Virus record (IMG/VR): IMGVR_UViG_3300029267_002158
Span: 1 to 64,000 of that record
Source of the DNA: a virus
Strand: one strand, 5' to 3'
DNA: 64,000 bases
This document shows positions 35,744 to 46,427 of this stretch, piece after piece; positions within the stretch are counted from its first letter, which is position 1, and each line of letters opens with the position of its first letter. The position numbers and the translations under genes were made by a program. The notes under the pieces were generated by a model. The model worked only from the letters and a program-made list of their open reading frames with translations, was not told the origin of the DNA and did no database searches.

Positions 35744-36451
35744 ATGCTGCCTAGCGCTGCGATAAAAGAGTACTCTATGATGTGGGGGCGGAGCCTGGCC
35801 GCAGAAGAGCAAGAGAAGTTTATCGCCCTTGGAGAAGCATTGAATAGCGGTGATTACAGCAATGCAGTCACGCTGTTCAACCCGGACCACGAATCTTCAT
35901 CCGGGCGGTTTGCGACGAGCAAAGGAGGCAGTTCGTCTTCTAGCTCAAAGTCTTCAGATAATAGGTCTGAACAGGATAAAATTGACGACGAGTATTCCGC
36001 CAAACTGGATAAAGATCCTGATTTTCAGCGCAGCGTAAAGGCTGCAAAAAGGACCGCGCGCGCCGGCGCTGCAATCGGATTACTTTATGGAATTAGCGCG
36101 TGGAAGCCTTTGTCTGGCGAGAGCTTTGCAACTGGCGTGGTTAAAGCTGCTGGTAGCGCTGCCGTCGGCTACGGGGTAGGATGGGTATCAGGTGCGATTG
36201 TCTCAAACGCCAAGGCCGGCACGCTGGAAGAATATTGCTTTGCAGACGATGGGGCTAAAAAGTGGGCAACAAATCTCCGTAAGTTTTTGGAGATTATGGT
36301 AGAAAACGGCAAGAGCGATCCGGTAGAAATCGGTCCAACTAATGTCGATATGAAAAAGCTAGGCTTCTCAAAATCGGGGAAAAAGGGATGGTCCATTTCC
36401 CAGAAGCGCGCAGGCACGCTCGTCAAAATTCTCATAAAGGCCGGCTTTTAG
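35744..36451 (+). CDS. Virion-associated protein with NPxH..GRF motif and Gly/Ala-rich hydrophobic segment
   Basis: LFNPDHESSSGRFATSK; same motif as the portal cargo modules. Confidence 0.7.
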   Translation: MLPSAAIKEYSMMWGRSLAAEEQEKFIALGEALNSGDYSNAVTLFNPDHESSSGRFATSKGGSSSSSSKSSDNRSEQDKIDDEYSAKLDKDPDFQRSVKAAKRTARAGAAIGLLYGISAWKPLSGESFATGVVKAAGSAAVGYGVGWVSGAIVSNAKAGTLEEYCFADDGAKKWATNLRKFLEIMVENGKSDPVEIGPTNVDMKKLGFSKSGKKGWSISQKRAGTLVKILIKAGF

Positions 36452-36565
36452 CAAGGCTGGGCCGGGAAAGATAGTATTTTGTAGGAAATACAACACGGGA
36501 TTAGATGGCTTCACGCCCATGACGTAAGCCTTTATCCCAGTCCATTTCTGGACAGGAGGTTTAGC

Positions 36566-37207
36566 ATGGCAGGGACTTATTACACGGTTTCCGCGCCTAC
36601 GGTAACGGCTGGTTTCTTTGTGAAGCCGGAGTCTCAAATGCGGATTGGAACAACGAGCTTGTACGGCTCGTTAGACGTTACCTCGTGGGCCTATAGCACT
36701 TATGAGGCTTCCATTGGATTGCAGGCCGGAACAAGTTTCGACGTTGGTCAGGTCGCGGATCTCTCCTGGTCTCACAAGCCGGACTTTGCTGCTGTCGAGG
36801 GCTTCAACGTGGGCGACGACAGCATTTGGGAAGTCCAGGGTGAAGAGACTATGTGCAGCGTCGAGATACAGCAGCTTGATCCACGCTTGTTTGAACTGGC
36901 TGTTGGAACGGGTAGTTATTACTCGCTTGGCCTTGAGAGGTTGATCACGTTTGGTGGCGGTTGCCAGATGAAGAACCGCCCCCTCTCCATCGAGTGGGTC
37001 AACGATTCGTGCAACGCGCCTTCGTCACAGGACGCAAGTTCTGGTATCTCTGGCGGCGTCGTGACGCTTTATGACTGCTTTATCTCTAGCGGCTTAGAGT
37101 GGAGCATGAACGCTAAAGAGAACAACACTATTTCTCTTGAGTTCCAGGCTAGGCCGGTGCTGGCGAGGTCTCGTGGGAATCGGCTTGGGTCTTATTACAT
37201 CTATTAG
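36566..37207 (+). CDS. Major tail (tube) protein
   Basis: AGGAGGT SD, beta-rich 213 aa ending LEWSMNAKENNTISLEFQA, precedes the chaperone pair. Confidence 0.75.
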   Translation: MAGTYYTVSAPTVTAGFFVKPESQMRIGTTSLYGSLDVTSWAYSTYEASIGLQAGTSFDVGQVADLSWSHKPDFAAVEGFNVGDDSIWEVQGEETMCSVEIQQLDPRLFELAVGTGSYYSLGLERLITFGGGCQMKNRPLSIEWVNDSCNAPSSQDASSGISGGVVTLYDCFISSGLEWSMNAKENNTISLEFQARPVLARSRGNRLGSYYIY

Positions 37208-37216
37208 GAGATAATT

Positions 37217-37663
37217 ATGCCCAAGAAATGTGAAGTGGAAGTTGGTGGCCGCAGGTGGGAGATCATTCCTCTGAGGGGACTCAAGTCCATCAAGCTCATG
37301 CCAAAGGTCATCTCTATTGGTAGCGAGCTTTTGTGGGCAGCCAACAATGCAGGTTTCCCACTTGCTGAACTGTTCACCGAGGAACAAGATCTTACCGCTT
37401 CTTTTGGTGATGTTATCAAGGCGGTCAAGTTTGTTTCCGACACGCTAGGTACGCGGTTCGATGAAATACGCATCGAGATCATTCCGTTTCTCCTGCAACA
37501 GGAAACGCAATGGTTGCAAGATAACGGGACGCCAAGAGAGATCTTTCTGTCTTTGTGGAAGGCTATCAAGTTTCATGCAGAGACCTCGTTTGGCGAAGAG
37601 GTTGTAGAAGCTCTAAAAAAATCTCTAGCCGCCGAGGAGGGGGAGTCCGAGGCGGAGGACTAG
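37217..37663 (+). CDS. Tail assembly chaperone (gpG-like)
   Basis: Between tube and tape measure; slippery site near the 3' end. Confidence 0.75.
   Translation: MPKKCEVEVGGRRWEIIPLRGLKSIKLMPKVISIGSELLWAANNAGFPLAELFTEEQDLTASFGDVIKAVKFVSDTLGTRFDEIRIEIIPFLLQQETQWLQDNGTPREIFLSLWKAIKFHAETSFGEEVVEALKKSLAAEEGESEAED
37615..37621 (+). other. Programmed -1 frameshift site A-AAA-AAA
   Basis: CTA AAA AAA in the gpG frame; the -1 frame stays open to 38136; GC-rich structure follows. Confidence 0.75.
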
Positions 37664-38136
37664 GGACAGAGCGAAGCATAGCCCTTGTATGTAAGCACTT
37701 CAACATGTCAGCGGCTTACATAGAGAACGAGCTTCCTTGGTCACGTTGGTTGCCATACCTGGTAACAGCCCTTGATTTGGAAGAGCTGTCGAACTACAGG
37801 GATTGGTGGATGGCGGGCCAGGACCCAAAGAAGTTTACGTGGTTGTCTGATGATAAAGCTGGCACGACATCAAGTAGCGTTAATCACCTTGAGCGCAAGA
37901 TTATGAAATTTGCTGCGGAGAAGTTAAAAGCTGCTCCGATAAAGGGTGACATATGGACGCTTGCTAAGCAAAAAGGAATGACGCCAGTATATCGCGTCGA
38001 GGATGGAGGCAAGGTGTTCTATGTCGATGAAACTGGCAAAGAGATTGCGCCCTCGAAGGGTAGCGGATTTATTGGTTCGGCGTCGCTGAAAGAGGCGCAC
38101 AAAAACAAAGGTTTCTATATCAGGAAGAGCGGCTAG
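37615..38136 (+). CDS. gpT-like frameshift extension of the tail chaperone
   Basis: Open -1 frame, no good SD/start of its own. Confidence 0.7.
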   Translation, partial: KKISSRRGGGVRGGGLGTERSIALVCKHFNMSAAYIENELPWSRWLPYLVTALDLEELSNYRDWWMAGQDPKKFTWLSDDKAGTTSSSVNHLERKIMKFAAEKLKAAPIKGDIWTLAKQKGMTPVYRVEDGGKVFYVDETGKEIAPSKGSGFIGSASLKEAHKNKGFYIRKSG

Positions 38137-38222
38137 CTCTTCCTCTTTCTTATCTCGCTCTCAACGGGATGTAAGATCCTGGGCGCGTCTCTGCGAGGGC
38201 GAGATAAGAAAAAGGGATCTCA

Positions 38223-41200
38223 ATGGCTGAATCGAATGAGGTTTTTCGTTATTCAATTAAGGGTGATGTTGAAGGTGCTGACAAGACTGTTAACACCCTA
38301 AACTATGTTGAGCAAGAAGCAATTGGCTCTGCACAAAACATAGATGAAGGGTTTAGCCGTATTGGTGGCACCTTTGATCGGTTGGATGCAAAGAGTCGAA
38401 AAGTGTTGAGCGGCACACTTGTTGCCAGTTTGAGAAAGGTTAGCAAGAGCGTCGCCGACGTTGTTCTTGGGACGAAAAATTTCAGCACTGAGGTAGAGAC
38501 GTTCGCTGACGCCGCAGATCTAATGATGGAGCGCCCTAAGCGCGGCATTATTGATTTTCTGTCAATATTCAGGGTTGGGATGGAGGAGATCAAGACCGAG
38601 GGCGGTAACGCAGCCGGGGCAATCAAGGTCATGGCCTCCGCTGCAAGTGACACTATCGGGCAGATCGACAGACTAAAGGGCGTGGCCTCTGTCTTTGACA
38701 AGGTTTCAAGTTTTGCGAATATCTTTTCTGGTGCATTTGGTCGTATGTCTGGTAGTGCGAATCAGCTTGGGCAGGACCTTAATCGCCTCGTAAGGGTCAA
38801 TATCCAACTGACACAGACCTTTAACCGGCAAGCCGCTGGCTGGAGAATGACGCGACAGGTTGAAAGGCAGGCTATTAGCGGCGCACTGAGAGACATAGAA
38901 GAGCTTGGGGAAGCTGCGGATCTCAAGGACGTGATAGCCGTCTTTGGCAAAATTCCAGAGGCGATCAGGCCAAGTGTAGATGGAATAAGGAATGTAGATG
39001 AGGCTATCAAGCGGGTAAGAACGCAAATTGGTCTGCTTGGCGCGCAGGACAAGCAAATTTCACGCATCACGCAGAAGATGAACACATTTGCCCATTCAGT
39101 TGCAGAGACCAGCACGACCTTGCAATCAACTGGGAAATGGTCTGACAGGCTCGCAGAGAGAAGCCGGCGACACGCAAGGGCAATTGAGGCCGAGTTTAGG
39201 GCTGTTCAAAAGATGGGGGTTCAGATACCTCCTGAGTTGGCAAAGACTTTTGAACAGGTGAGGGATCAATTCGCCCTGGCAGAAAGCAAAGCTAAGAGAC
39301 TTGGAGTAGAAGGCAAAAAGACAGGCAACATATTGAAGGATGCTGGAGAAAAAGGGGCTCGCGGATTCAAGGGTCTGAATAAGGTCGTTGATACGACATC
39401 GAGTAAGGTGAAAAACTACTCGCAGTCTACGAGTCAGGCTGCGGACGCCAACAGGATGCTGATGCAGTACGTTCAGCCGCAAGGCATGATGAACACTGGG
39501 CTGCAAAGAGTTGGCTCGAATGTCACAAAAACCTCATCCGCCGCGACTAACCTGTCAGTGTCATTCGGGTCCCTTGTTGGCATGGCGGGTATGCTTGGCG
39601 GGACACTGGGGCAAATGAACCCCGCCTTCTCCGCTGTACTGGTCGGTGTTTCACAGATGGCTGACCAGTTTGTCCGCTCTTTCACCGCTATGATGTCTAT
39701 CTCCGGCACCGGCGCGCAAAAAGTCAAAGCGGCTATGGGCGTCATCTCCAGTTCCTTTATGGGTTTTGGAATGATGGCAATGGGCGCTATGGTCAAGATG
39801 GGGATGGCCGGCGCTGAGGTGAAAACACTTGAGATCACGCTCAGGCAGATAGCAAAGAACCTAGGTAAGGAAGCCGGCGTGAACATAGACAAGTTCTCGG
39901 ATCATGTAATGGGTTTGCGTGACGAGATTGTCGCCACTGGTATTACAACGCGAGAGGCAACAAACGCTCTCTCGCAATTCTTGCGCGCCAAGTTGCCCAT
40001 TGGCCGCGTCAGCGAGCTCGCTGACGCGGCAAAGAACTTGGGCGTGACTGTTGCCAACATGAGTTCTTCTGAGGTTTTTGGTCGATTTATTCAGTTTATT
40101 CAGACTGGAAACTCCGCGCTACTTGACGCCATTGGTGTTGCCAAAAACGCATCAGTTATGATGCGAGAGTATGGCAAGGAGATTGGCAAGGGTGCAAACC
40201 AACTAACAACAATGGAGAAACAGCAAGCGCTTATCAATGGCATTATTGCAGAGACGGCCACAGTGCAGGGTGTTTACAACGAGTCGATGAAAACAGCCGG
40301 CAAGCAATTGTCGTCTATGAAGCGTCTGTTCGAGGAGTCTATTCTGACACTTGGCCGGCGATTCGAGCCCACGCTGGCCTTGATTATCACGGCGATGAAC
40401 AAGGTGCTCAAAGCGTTTACTAACCTCGCCCCGGAGGTTCATGACAGCATCGCTAATTTCATAAAGTGGACTGCCGTTGTCGGTATCAGCACCGGAGCCG
40501 CACTGAAGCTGGTGCCCGCACTGAAGTCATTGATGACGCTTTTCGTAAAGATGGGCACAAAGATGCTAACGGCGTCGCCGCAAATATTAGCAATCGCCCT
40601 GGCGATAGGGGCAATCGTCGCTGTTGTCAAGGGGTTTAAAACGCTCTGGGATCAGAACTTTGGCGGCATAAAAGATTCCGTAATGGAGTTGGTTAATGTC
40701 GTCAAGCTAGGGCTTGGTCCTATTATTGCCGATATTCGTTATTGGATTGGTCAGATAGGCGATAGGTTCAAGATTATCGTGCGCGAGATCACGGATGGTC
40801 TCAAGGTTGTCGTGGGGTTCATAGCCGGAGCCCTGGACGGAACAAAGTCCAAGTTCGGGAGCGTATTTAGCAACATACGCGACCTCGTGAATGGATTCAT
40901 GAGGGTAGTTCACGGCGCTGTCACTATTATCACGCAGCTTCTCCAGGGCGACGCTGACGCAGCGTTTCGCACCCTGGAAAGAGTTGTCTCTGACGTCTTA
41001 ACACAGGTAGGCTTCTTTTTTGAGAACTTTGTTGCCAAAGCTGCTACCTGGGGATGGAATCTAATCGTAGGCTTTGCAAACAACATGCAAAGGGCGGCAA
41101 GCTCAGTTGTTGCAAAGGTTATGAGTTATATCGGCAGTCTCATTGGCCGATTCATCAAGCCTGGCTCGCCGCCAAAGGAAGGCCCTCTTTCGCACATTGC

Positions 41201-43115
41201 GGAATGGGGACAGGGTGTTATGGACACCTATTTGCGAGCATTTGGAACGGCAGACTTTGGCATGCTACGCGATATTATGGCTCCCATTCAAAAATCTCTA
41301 CAGGACGCCTTTGCCGCCGGCACAATTGGAGAAAAAGAAATTGTGCCTCGCGTCAAGGCTGTGCGCGAGAACGTGGCAGCTCTTCTTGCAGATCTTCGCA
41401 AGACGGGAGAGCTGAACGAGGGAATCATGGATTCCATCTCCGAGAAGCTTGGGGTCGGCGGCAAGGACATTGTAGAGTATATTCGTCGCCTGGGTGCTCA
41501 CCAGAGGGCGATGAAAAACCTAAGTGAGGCACAAGGCGAATATGCCGAGGCCGAGGCCACAGGCTTTGTGACGAAAGAGGTAAAGGACAGGTTAGCGGCT
41601 GCTGAGGAAGAGGTAGACGCGACAAAGGACGCTGTGAGTTGGCAAAAAGAATACATGGCCGCCCAGCAAGACACGATGGATCTGCAAGTCAAGCAGCTCA
41701 AACTCTTAGAGCGCATGGCAAAGGCCCTGGAGAGCGCTGCTAAAGCGGCTGCTGACGGGCTTGTACCAGAGACGGAATACGAGCTTGACTTCGAGGAGAA
41801 GGGGGAGGAGGAAAAGAAGAGCCTCTTTGATGACCTGGTTGGTGAAAAAGAGGTGCTGGGCGGAGTATCAAAAGAGTGGTCTGATATGAAGGCCAAAGTT
41901 GATGACGCCATCGCCTCGGTGAAAGAGTGGTTTGAGCTCCCCTGGAGGGATAAGCTAATATCCATTTCCGGCTGGATCAAGGACATCACCGGCATAGATC
42001 TTGAACAGTGGTGGAAAGACAACAAGCAGGCAGTCGAGGATTTTATTGAAGCCAATTTCGTGCAGTGGTGGGAAGATTTTAAGGATCAGATTAACGAGTC
42101 TTGGGAGAACGTTAAGCCGTCTTTCGACAAAATGAAGGAAATGTTTGAGGAGATTAAGAAAGCGTTTGGCGACGCTACGGGCAGAGGAATTGACTTCAAG
42201 GCTATACTTGATGTAGTATTCAAGGCTGTAAACACCGTCTTTATGGTCATATGGAAAGTCATAAGCGGCATTTTGATGGGTGTCGCCAAAGCTTTTGACA
42301 ATGTGATTGCCGCAATTGCCAACATCTGGACAGTATTTCAGAGCGGTATTCAGATGATAATTCTCCTGTTCCAGGGAGACATGGACGGAGCAAGGGAAAA
42401 AGCAGAAGAAGTCTTGACGGCTCTTAAAGACTACTTCGTGAATATGTTTACTGCAATAGCGGACCTGATCACAGGGTTCCTGGATGAGACGTTCCCCGGA
42501 TTAACGGATGCTATCTCGCAATTTTTCGTCGATCTCGTAATATGGTGGAACGATACAAAGGAGACTGTCACTGAAGCATGGGTTCTGTTTTGGGACGAGT
42601 TGATTACAAAGGCGGTCACGACAGTGACTTCCATTGTCGATACTGTGACAGGCGTCACGGACACATTGACTGAGTGGGTCGGTGGTCTAGTTGACGTTGG
42701 AACCGCGATTGTAGACAACATATGGAAGGGTGTTACCGATGCTTGGGAAGGATTCAAGTCCAACCTCTCTGGCAAATGGGAAGAGGTCAAGGCTATGCTT
42801 CCTTTCTCTGAGCCACACGATAAGTCTTCACCCCTGTACGGTCTTGGCAAGTCCGGTGCCGCTATCTTGCAGAATATCATGGACGGCATGGGTGATGTTG
42901 ACTTAACCGGCCAGTTCTCTGCTCAGTTAGAGAGCATGAGAGCGCAGATTGCAGGTTCGTCCATCACGAACACTTACGGAAGAACGATGAATTTCAATAA
43001 CGGTGCGTTTTCTGGCGCATTCCCAAATGTAACACAGCAGCAAGACGCGGCAGGGTTAATGGAAACGTTTCGTTCGTATATTGATGACGCAGATACAATG
43101 AGGAGAGGGCGTTAA
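38223..43115 (+). CDS. Tape measure protein (1630 aa)
   Basis: Long Ala/Gly-rich helical protein, periodic W/F, PGSPPKEGPLS and PFSEP...SPL motifs. Confidence 0.95.
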   Translation: MAESNEVFRYSIKGDVEGADKTVNTLNYVEQEAIGSAQNIDEGFSRIGGTFDRLDAKSRKVLSGTLVASLRKVSKSVADVVLGTKNFSTEVETFADAADLMMERPKRGIIDFLSIFRVGMEEIKTEGGNAAGAIKVMASAASDTIGQIDRLKGVASVFDKVSSFANIFSGAFGRMSGSANQLGQDLNRLVRVNIQLTQTFNRQAAGWRMTRQVERQAISGALRDIEELGEAADLKDVIAVFGKIPEAIRPSVDGIRNVDEAIKRVRTQIGLLGAQDKQISRITQKMNTFAHSVAETSTTLQSTGKWSDRLAERSRRHARAIEAEFRAVQKMGVQIPPELAKTFEQVRDQFALAESKAKRLGVEGKKTGNILKDAGEKGARGFKGLNKVVDTTSSKVKNYSQSTSQAADANRMLMQYVQPQGMMNTGLQRVGSNVTKTSSAATNLSVSFGSLVGMAGMLGGTLGQMNPAFSAVLVGVSQMADQFVRSFTAMMSISGTGAQKVKAAMGVISSSFMGFGMMAMGAMVKMGMAGAEVKTLEITLRQIAKNLGKEAGVNIDKFSDHVMGLRDEIVATGITTREATNALSQFLRAKLPIGRVSELADAAKNLGVTVANMSSSEVFGRFIQFIQTGNSALLDAIGVAKNASVMMREYGKEIGKGANQLTTMEKQQALINGIIAETATVQGVYNESMKTAGKQLSSMKRLFEESILTLGRRFEPTLALIITAMNKVLKAFTNLAPEVHDSIANFIKWTAVVGISTGAALKLVPALKSLMTLFVKMGTKMLTASPQILAIALAIGAIVAVVKGFKTLWDQNFGGIKDSVMELVNVVKLGLGPIIADIRYWIGQIGDRFKIIVREITDGLKVVVGFIAGALDGTKSKFGSVFSNIRDLVNGFMRVVHGAVTIITQLLQGDADAAFRTLERVVSDVLTQVGFFFENFVAKAATWGWNLIVGFANNMQRAASSVVAKVMSYIGSLIGRFIKPGSPPKEGPLSHIAEWGQGVMDTYLRAFGTADFGMLRDIMAPIQKSLQDAFAAGTIGEKEIVPRVKAVRENVAALLADLRKTGELNEGIMDSISEKLGVGGKDIVEYIRRLGAHQRAMKNLSEAQGEYAEAEATGFVTKEVKDRLAAAEEEVDATKDAVSWQKEYMAAQQDTMDLQVKQLKLLERMAKALESAAKAAADGLVPETEYELDFEEKGEEEKKSLFDDLVGEKEVLGGVSKEWSDMKAKVDDAIASVKEWFELPWRDKLISISGWIKDITGIDLEQWWKDNKQAVEDFIEANFVQWWEDFKDQINESWENVKPSFDKMKEMFEEIKKAFGDATGRGIDFKAILDVVFKAVNTVFMVIWKVISGILMGVAKAFDNVIAAIANIWTVFQSGIQMIILLFQGDMDGAREKAEEVLTALKDYFVNMFTAIADLITGFLDETFPGLTDAISQFFVDLVIWWNDTKETVTEAWVLFWDELITKAVTTVTSIVDTVTGVTDTLTEWVGGLVDVGTAIVDNIWKGVTDAWEGFKSNLSGKWEEVKAMLPFSEPHDKSSPLYGLGKSGAAILQNIMDGMGDVDLTGQFSAQLESMRAQIAGSSITNTYGRTMNFNNGAFSGAFPNVTQQQDAAGLMETFRSYIDDADTMRRGR

Positions 43116-45610
43116 TGGCTACAACGTTTGAGCTTCAACCGGACGATTACGCGAATATAACTTTCTACGCAATCACGCCGGAGGGGCCGGAGAGCACATC
43201 TCTGAATAACTACGAGTACTCTCTGGCGTCCTTGACGTTTAACGAGGAACAGCGTGTTCAGGTTGAATACGCTCAGTATCAATATCGAGAGGGCGGGGAA
43301 GCCAAGAGGCTTCGCTATCCCCTCGTTCCTGTTACGTTTACCGGTCGCGTCATCGGTCTTGGCGCAACTGCTGAATTGCGACACCAGGATCTTCTCGCTA
43401 AAAGCAGCGCCTTGATGCGAGCGGTGTACAATTCAGACGGCTACATCAGATATAAGCCTGACGGCCTGGCGGCTGGTGTTCGGGACACGTACTATCACTA
43501 CATTCAATCAAGTCCGCCAAAACCAGCGCCGGGGGAGTATTGGTGCCGCCCAAAGGCTTCGTTCTCATCCACAAGCTATATTGATGGCATTCCAACCAGG
43601 TCGTTCAGTATCTCTCTGATGACTAAGCCGATTGCTACGTCAGATCCCACCTCTCCCATTCAGGTCTTGTCAGCGACAACACTGGACAACATCAATGACG
43701 GGACAGGTGATTACGTGACGATAACAAACGCGACAATCGATGGTGATATGCCCGCCCTGACGCGCATTGTGGCGCAGCCTCTGACCTCTGATATTGGCAA
43801 GCTGTGGTTGGCAAAAAGAACAAGCGGGCTGGCAAATTTTACTGCAACGTACCTCACATCCGCAGCGCAATCGCCCAGTGCTGTGTGGGGCACTGAGGTT
43901 GACGCCGGCAGGTGTGGCGGATCTTATTACCGTTGCACGCCAATACTTAACAATGTGATGTATGCTCGTCGATACACCATATCTAATTGGCAAGACCACA
44001 AAGGTCGCGCCGCAGTTATGGTTATCGCAAGAAGCAATGAGGCTCAGGCTGGTGATTTTTATGTATACTACCGGTGGCCGATTGCCAACTATCCATTAAC
44101 TGGCGAGGCGAAACAACTTACCCAGGAGAATGCTTGGGAGCCCCTTATACTAGGCGAGATCGATCTCCCTGAAACGGAAATATCTAGTCAAGAAGACCTT
44201 GATCTGTACATTGACATTTGCGTGGAGAGAAAGGCTGGTTCTGGAACTCTGGATTTGGATTGCATGAAGCTGTTGTTTACCGACGAGGCTGCTATTCAAG
44301 TTAGTGTTCCAGGGACGGACGGGGCAGAGACAACGCATGAGTTTTTCCTTGAGAACTTTAACGAAGAGATAGCGCATATCAACACCCACGCAGACGACAA
44401 GTTGGCATATATCGGCAATGCGTATGGTGATTTTTTGACCCTTGAACCTGATTCTGACAATCGTATTGACGTAGTCTGGCAGAGGTCGTACACGTATTTC
44501 TACGACGACTTCACAGGGCACGGGGATTATTGGGAAGGGATAGCGGCGTGCGAGAGCGACGAGGCGTGGACAGGTGATGTGTCTTTTGGTTCAGGGTATC
44601 AGGTCATGGAGGGGGACCACAATCTTGAGATAGGCACAGCGACGTCGTCGTTAACATTCGCCTCCGCTTTGGACCTGTCCAGATTCTCAACGGGTGATTT
44701 TCTAAGATTCTACACATCATACTTTGGAGCAGGGACAATACGGCTGTACTCATCTGACGCTAATTATTATGAGCACTCTTGGAATGATGGCGACGATGAT
44801 TCAAGATATAGATATGTCAAAATAAGCGATATGTCCGCAGTTGGCTCTCCGAGTCTAGGAGGTATAACGAAGGTTGAGGTTGTTGGCGACGGGATCTCAG
44901 CAACAATAGACGACATACGAATTGTGTCTACCGACCCAAATGCTGCCACAAAGCCAAATGGCACAGGTGGTGCGTGGAGATACTTTGACGCGATGTGGGC
45001 CGTCCTGGACCAGGGCGCCGTAGCGAAGAGGTTCAGGGCTGAAGTAAAAAATGATGGTGTTGCCTTGATAAACCAGTCTCTAGGAACGGATGTGCAAGTA
45101 AAGGTCAAGGTGAGCGGCCTTGGAGTGTCACGGTCAAAGGTGGGTATTGTTTTCAGGTCGCGGTTTGTTGCGACACAGGATGAAGCCGATTACTATTTGT
45201 TCTCAACGGATCAATTTGCTGGTTCGGGGAACCACGGGCAATATGCCCTGACGGCATATGCTCTTGGAGTACCTGATGTAAGGGCTACACTGGATAGAAC
45301 AAGGGACATTTCAGGTGATTTGTGGATGGGTGTAAAGACGTCCGGAACAAACATTCAGTGCTTTGCAAGTGCTGAAGAAACAAGTTTGTGGGAAGAGGCT
45401 AATAGGATTTTTAACGCAACTAATCTAACGCACTTGGTTGGAACAAGGGTGGGGCTGTATAATAGGGTTTATCATACCGCAAGGACGAATGACGAGGCAT
45501 TTGATTCCATCGAAGTGATTGGCAACTCAGATCTTCATGTTCCGACTGATGAGATTCAGTTATCAGCATACGCATTATTCCGCACAATCTATCCATTCCA
45601 CGAGGCTTAA
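43115..45610 (+). CDS. Distal tail (Dit-like) protein with inserted beta-sandwich domains
   Basis: Follows TMP; V.I....IDGDMPA motif; beta-rich C-half. Confidence 0.65.
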   Translation: MATTFELQPDDYANITFYAITPEGPESTSLNNYEYSLASLTFNEEQRVQVEYAQYQYREGGEAKRLRYPLVPVTFTGRVIGLGATAELRHQDLLAKSSALMRAVYNSDGYIRYKPDGLAAGVRDTYYHYIQSSPPKPAPGEYWCRPKASFSSTSYIDGIPTRSFSISLMTKPIATSDPTSPIQVLSATTLDNINDGTGDYVTITNATIDGDMPALTRIVAQPLTSDIGKLWLAKRTSGLANFTATYLTSAAQSPSAVWGTEVDAGRCGGSYYRCTPILNNVMYARRYTISNWQDHKGRAAVMVIARSNEAQAGDFYVYYRWPIANYPLTGEAKQLTQENAWEPLILGEIDLPETEISSQEDLDLYIDICVERKAGSGTLDLDCMKLLFTDEAAIQVSVPGTDGAETTHEFFLENFNEEIAHINTHADDKLAYIGNAYGDFLTLEPDSDNRIDVVWQRSYTYFYDDFTGHGDYWEGIAACESDEAWTGDVSFGSGYQVMEGDHNLEIGTATSSLTFASALDLSRFSTGDFLRFYTSYFGAGTIRLYSSDANYYEHSWNDGDDDSRYRYVKISDMSAVGSPSLGGITKVEVVGDGISATIDDIRIVSTDPNAATKPNGTGGAWRYFDAMWAVLDQGAVAKRFRAEVKNDGVALINQSLGTDVQVKVKVSGLGVSRSKVGIVFRSRFVATQDEADYYLFSTDQFAGSGNHGQYALTAYALGVPDVRATLDRTRDISGDLWMGVKTSGTNIQCFASAEETSLWEEANRIFNATNLTHLVGTRVGLYNRVYHTARTNDEAFDSIEVIGNSDLHVPTDEIQLSAYALFRTIYPFHEA

Positions 45611-45611
45611 A

Positions 45612-45884
45612 ATGGGAAAACCAGAAGACAACCAACGTAGGATCTCAGAGCTTGAAGCCGAGATGCAGCGCCTTCGCAAGCGTATAGAACAAATGCTGTC
45701 TCGCAAAGGCGGGCGCGTAGAAGGCCAGGTTCACCTGGAGGGATGGCTTCAATTCGAGTCGCAGAGCCAGGCGACAGATCCGTCTGGCGGCTCTGTCAGG
45801 TTACAGGTTATTACCACTGGCAGCAAGTTACAGCTTGTTGCTATTTACCCGTCCGGTTTAACAGAAATAATCAGTCAAGGATGA
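45612..45884 (+). CDS. Small tail-associated coiled-coil protein
   Basis: GAGG SD, RISELEAEMQRLRKRIE. Confidence 0.55.
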   Translation: MGKPEDNQRRISELEAEMQRLRKRIEQMLSRKGGRVEGQVHLEGWLQFESQSQATDPSGGSVRLQVITTGSKLQLVAIYPSGLTEIISQG

Positions 45885-45887
45885 TTT

Positions 45888-46427
45888 ATGGAAATCATAA
45901 TGGAGCTTGCTGATAAATACGGATGGATCATTGCAACATCCATATTTATTATTTACTCACAGAGGGAAAGAGTTGGGTTTGCGATAGAGAGGTGGTTTGG
46001 CATTAGCATTAAGGCCAAAGAGTCAGAAGATAGGTTTGAAAACGCATTGCGCGAGAAGGCTCTGCAAAACGGGGATTACAGCAAGGAGCTAGTTAGGAAG
46101 CTGTTCGCCAAAGCCGAAGACGAGACCGCTGAGAGGCGGACAAAAGACAAAATGCTATATGACCAAACACGAAGCACGGAGGTCCTTGCGTCGAAGGCCA
46201 TAGAAGTGATGCAGGACTTCGCCAGCGTTGCCAGGAGCCAGGCGGACAGAAACGCATTACAATGGAAAGAGGTGTCAAGTGCAATATCAAAATTAAATAG
46301 CACGATGGAGGGAATTGGATTCCTTCTTGCCCAGGACAGTATCATGAAAAAGCAAGGACTTAACTTTGATGTAGTGAGTCAAGCCATCGGAAAAGGAGCC
46401 CAAGATGGAGATATACATACTGACTGA
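45888..46427 (+). CDS. Single-TM coiled-coil protein (possible holin/lysis component)
   Basis: N-terminal KYGWIIATSIFIIY then helical region. Confidence 0.5.
   Translation: MEIIMELADKYGWIIATSIFIIYSQRERVGFAIERWFGISIKAKESEDRFENALREKALQNGDYSKELVRKLFAKAEDETAERRTKDKMLYDQTRSTEVLASKAIEVMQDFASVARSQADRNALQWKEVSSAISKLNSTMEGIGFLLAQDSIMKKQGLNFDVVSQAIGKGAQDGDIHTD

Noticed and set aside
37555-38136. Independent gene starting at 37555
   Set aside because: Better explained as the standard -1 frameshift extension of the tail chaperone; a known mechanism, not novel
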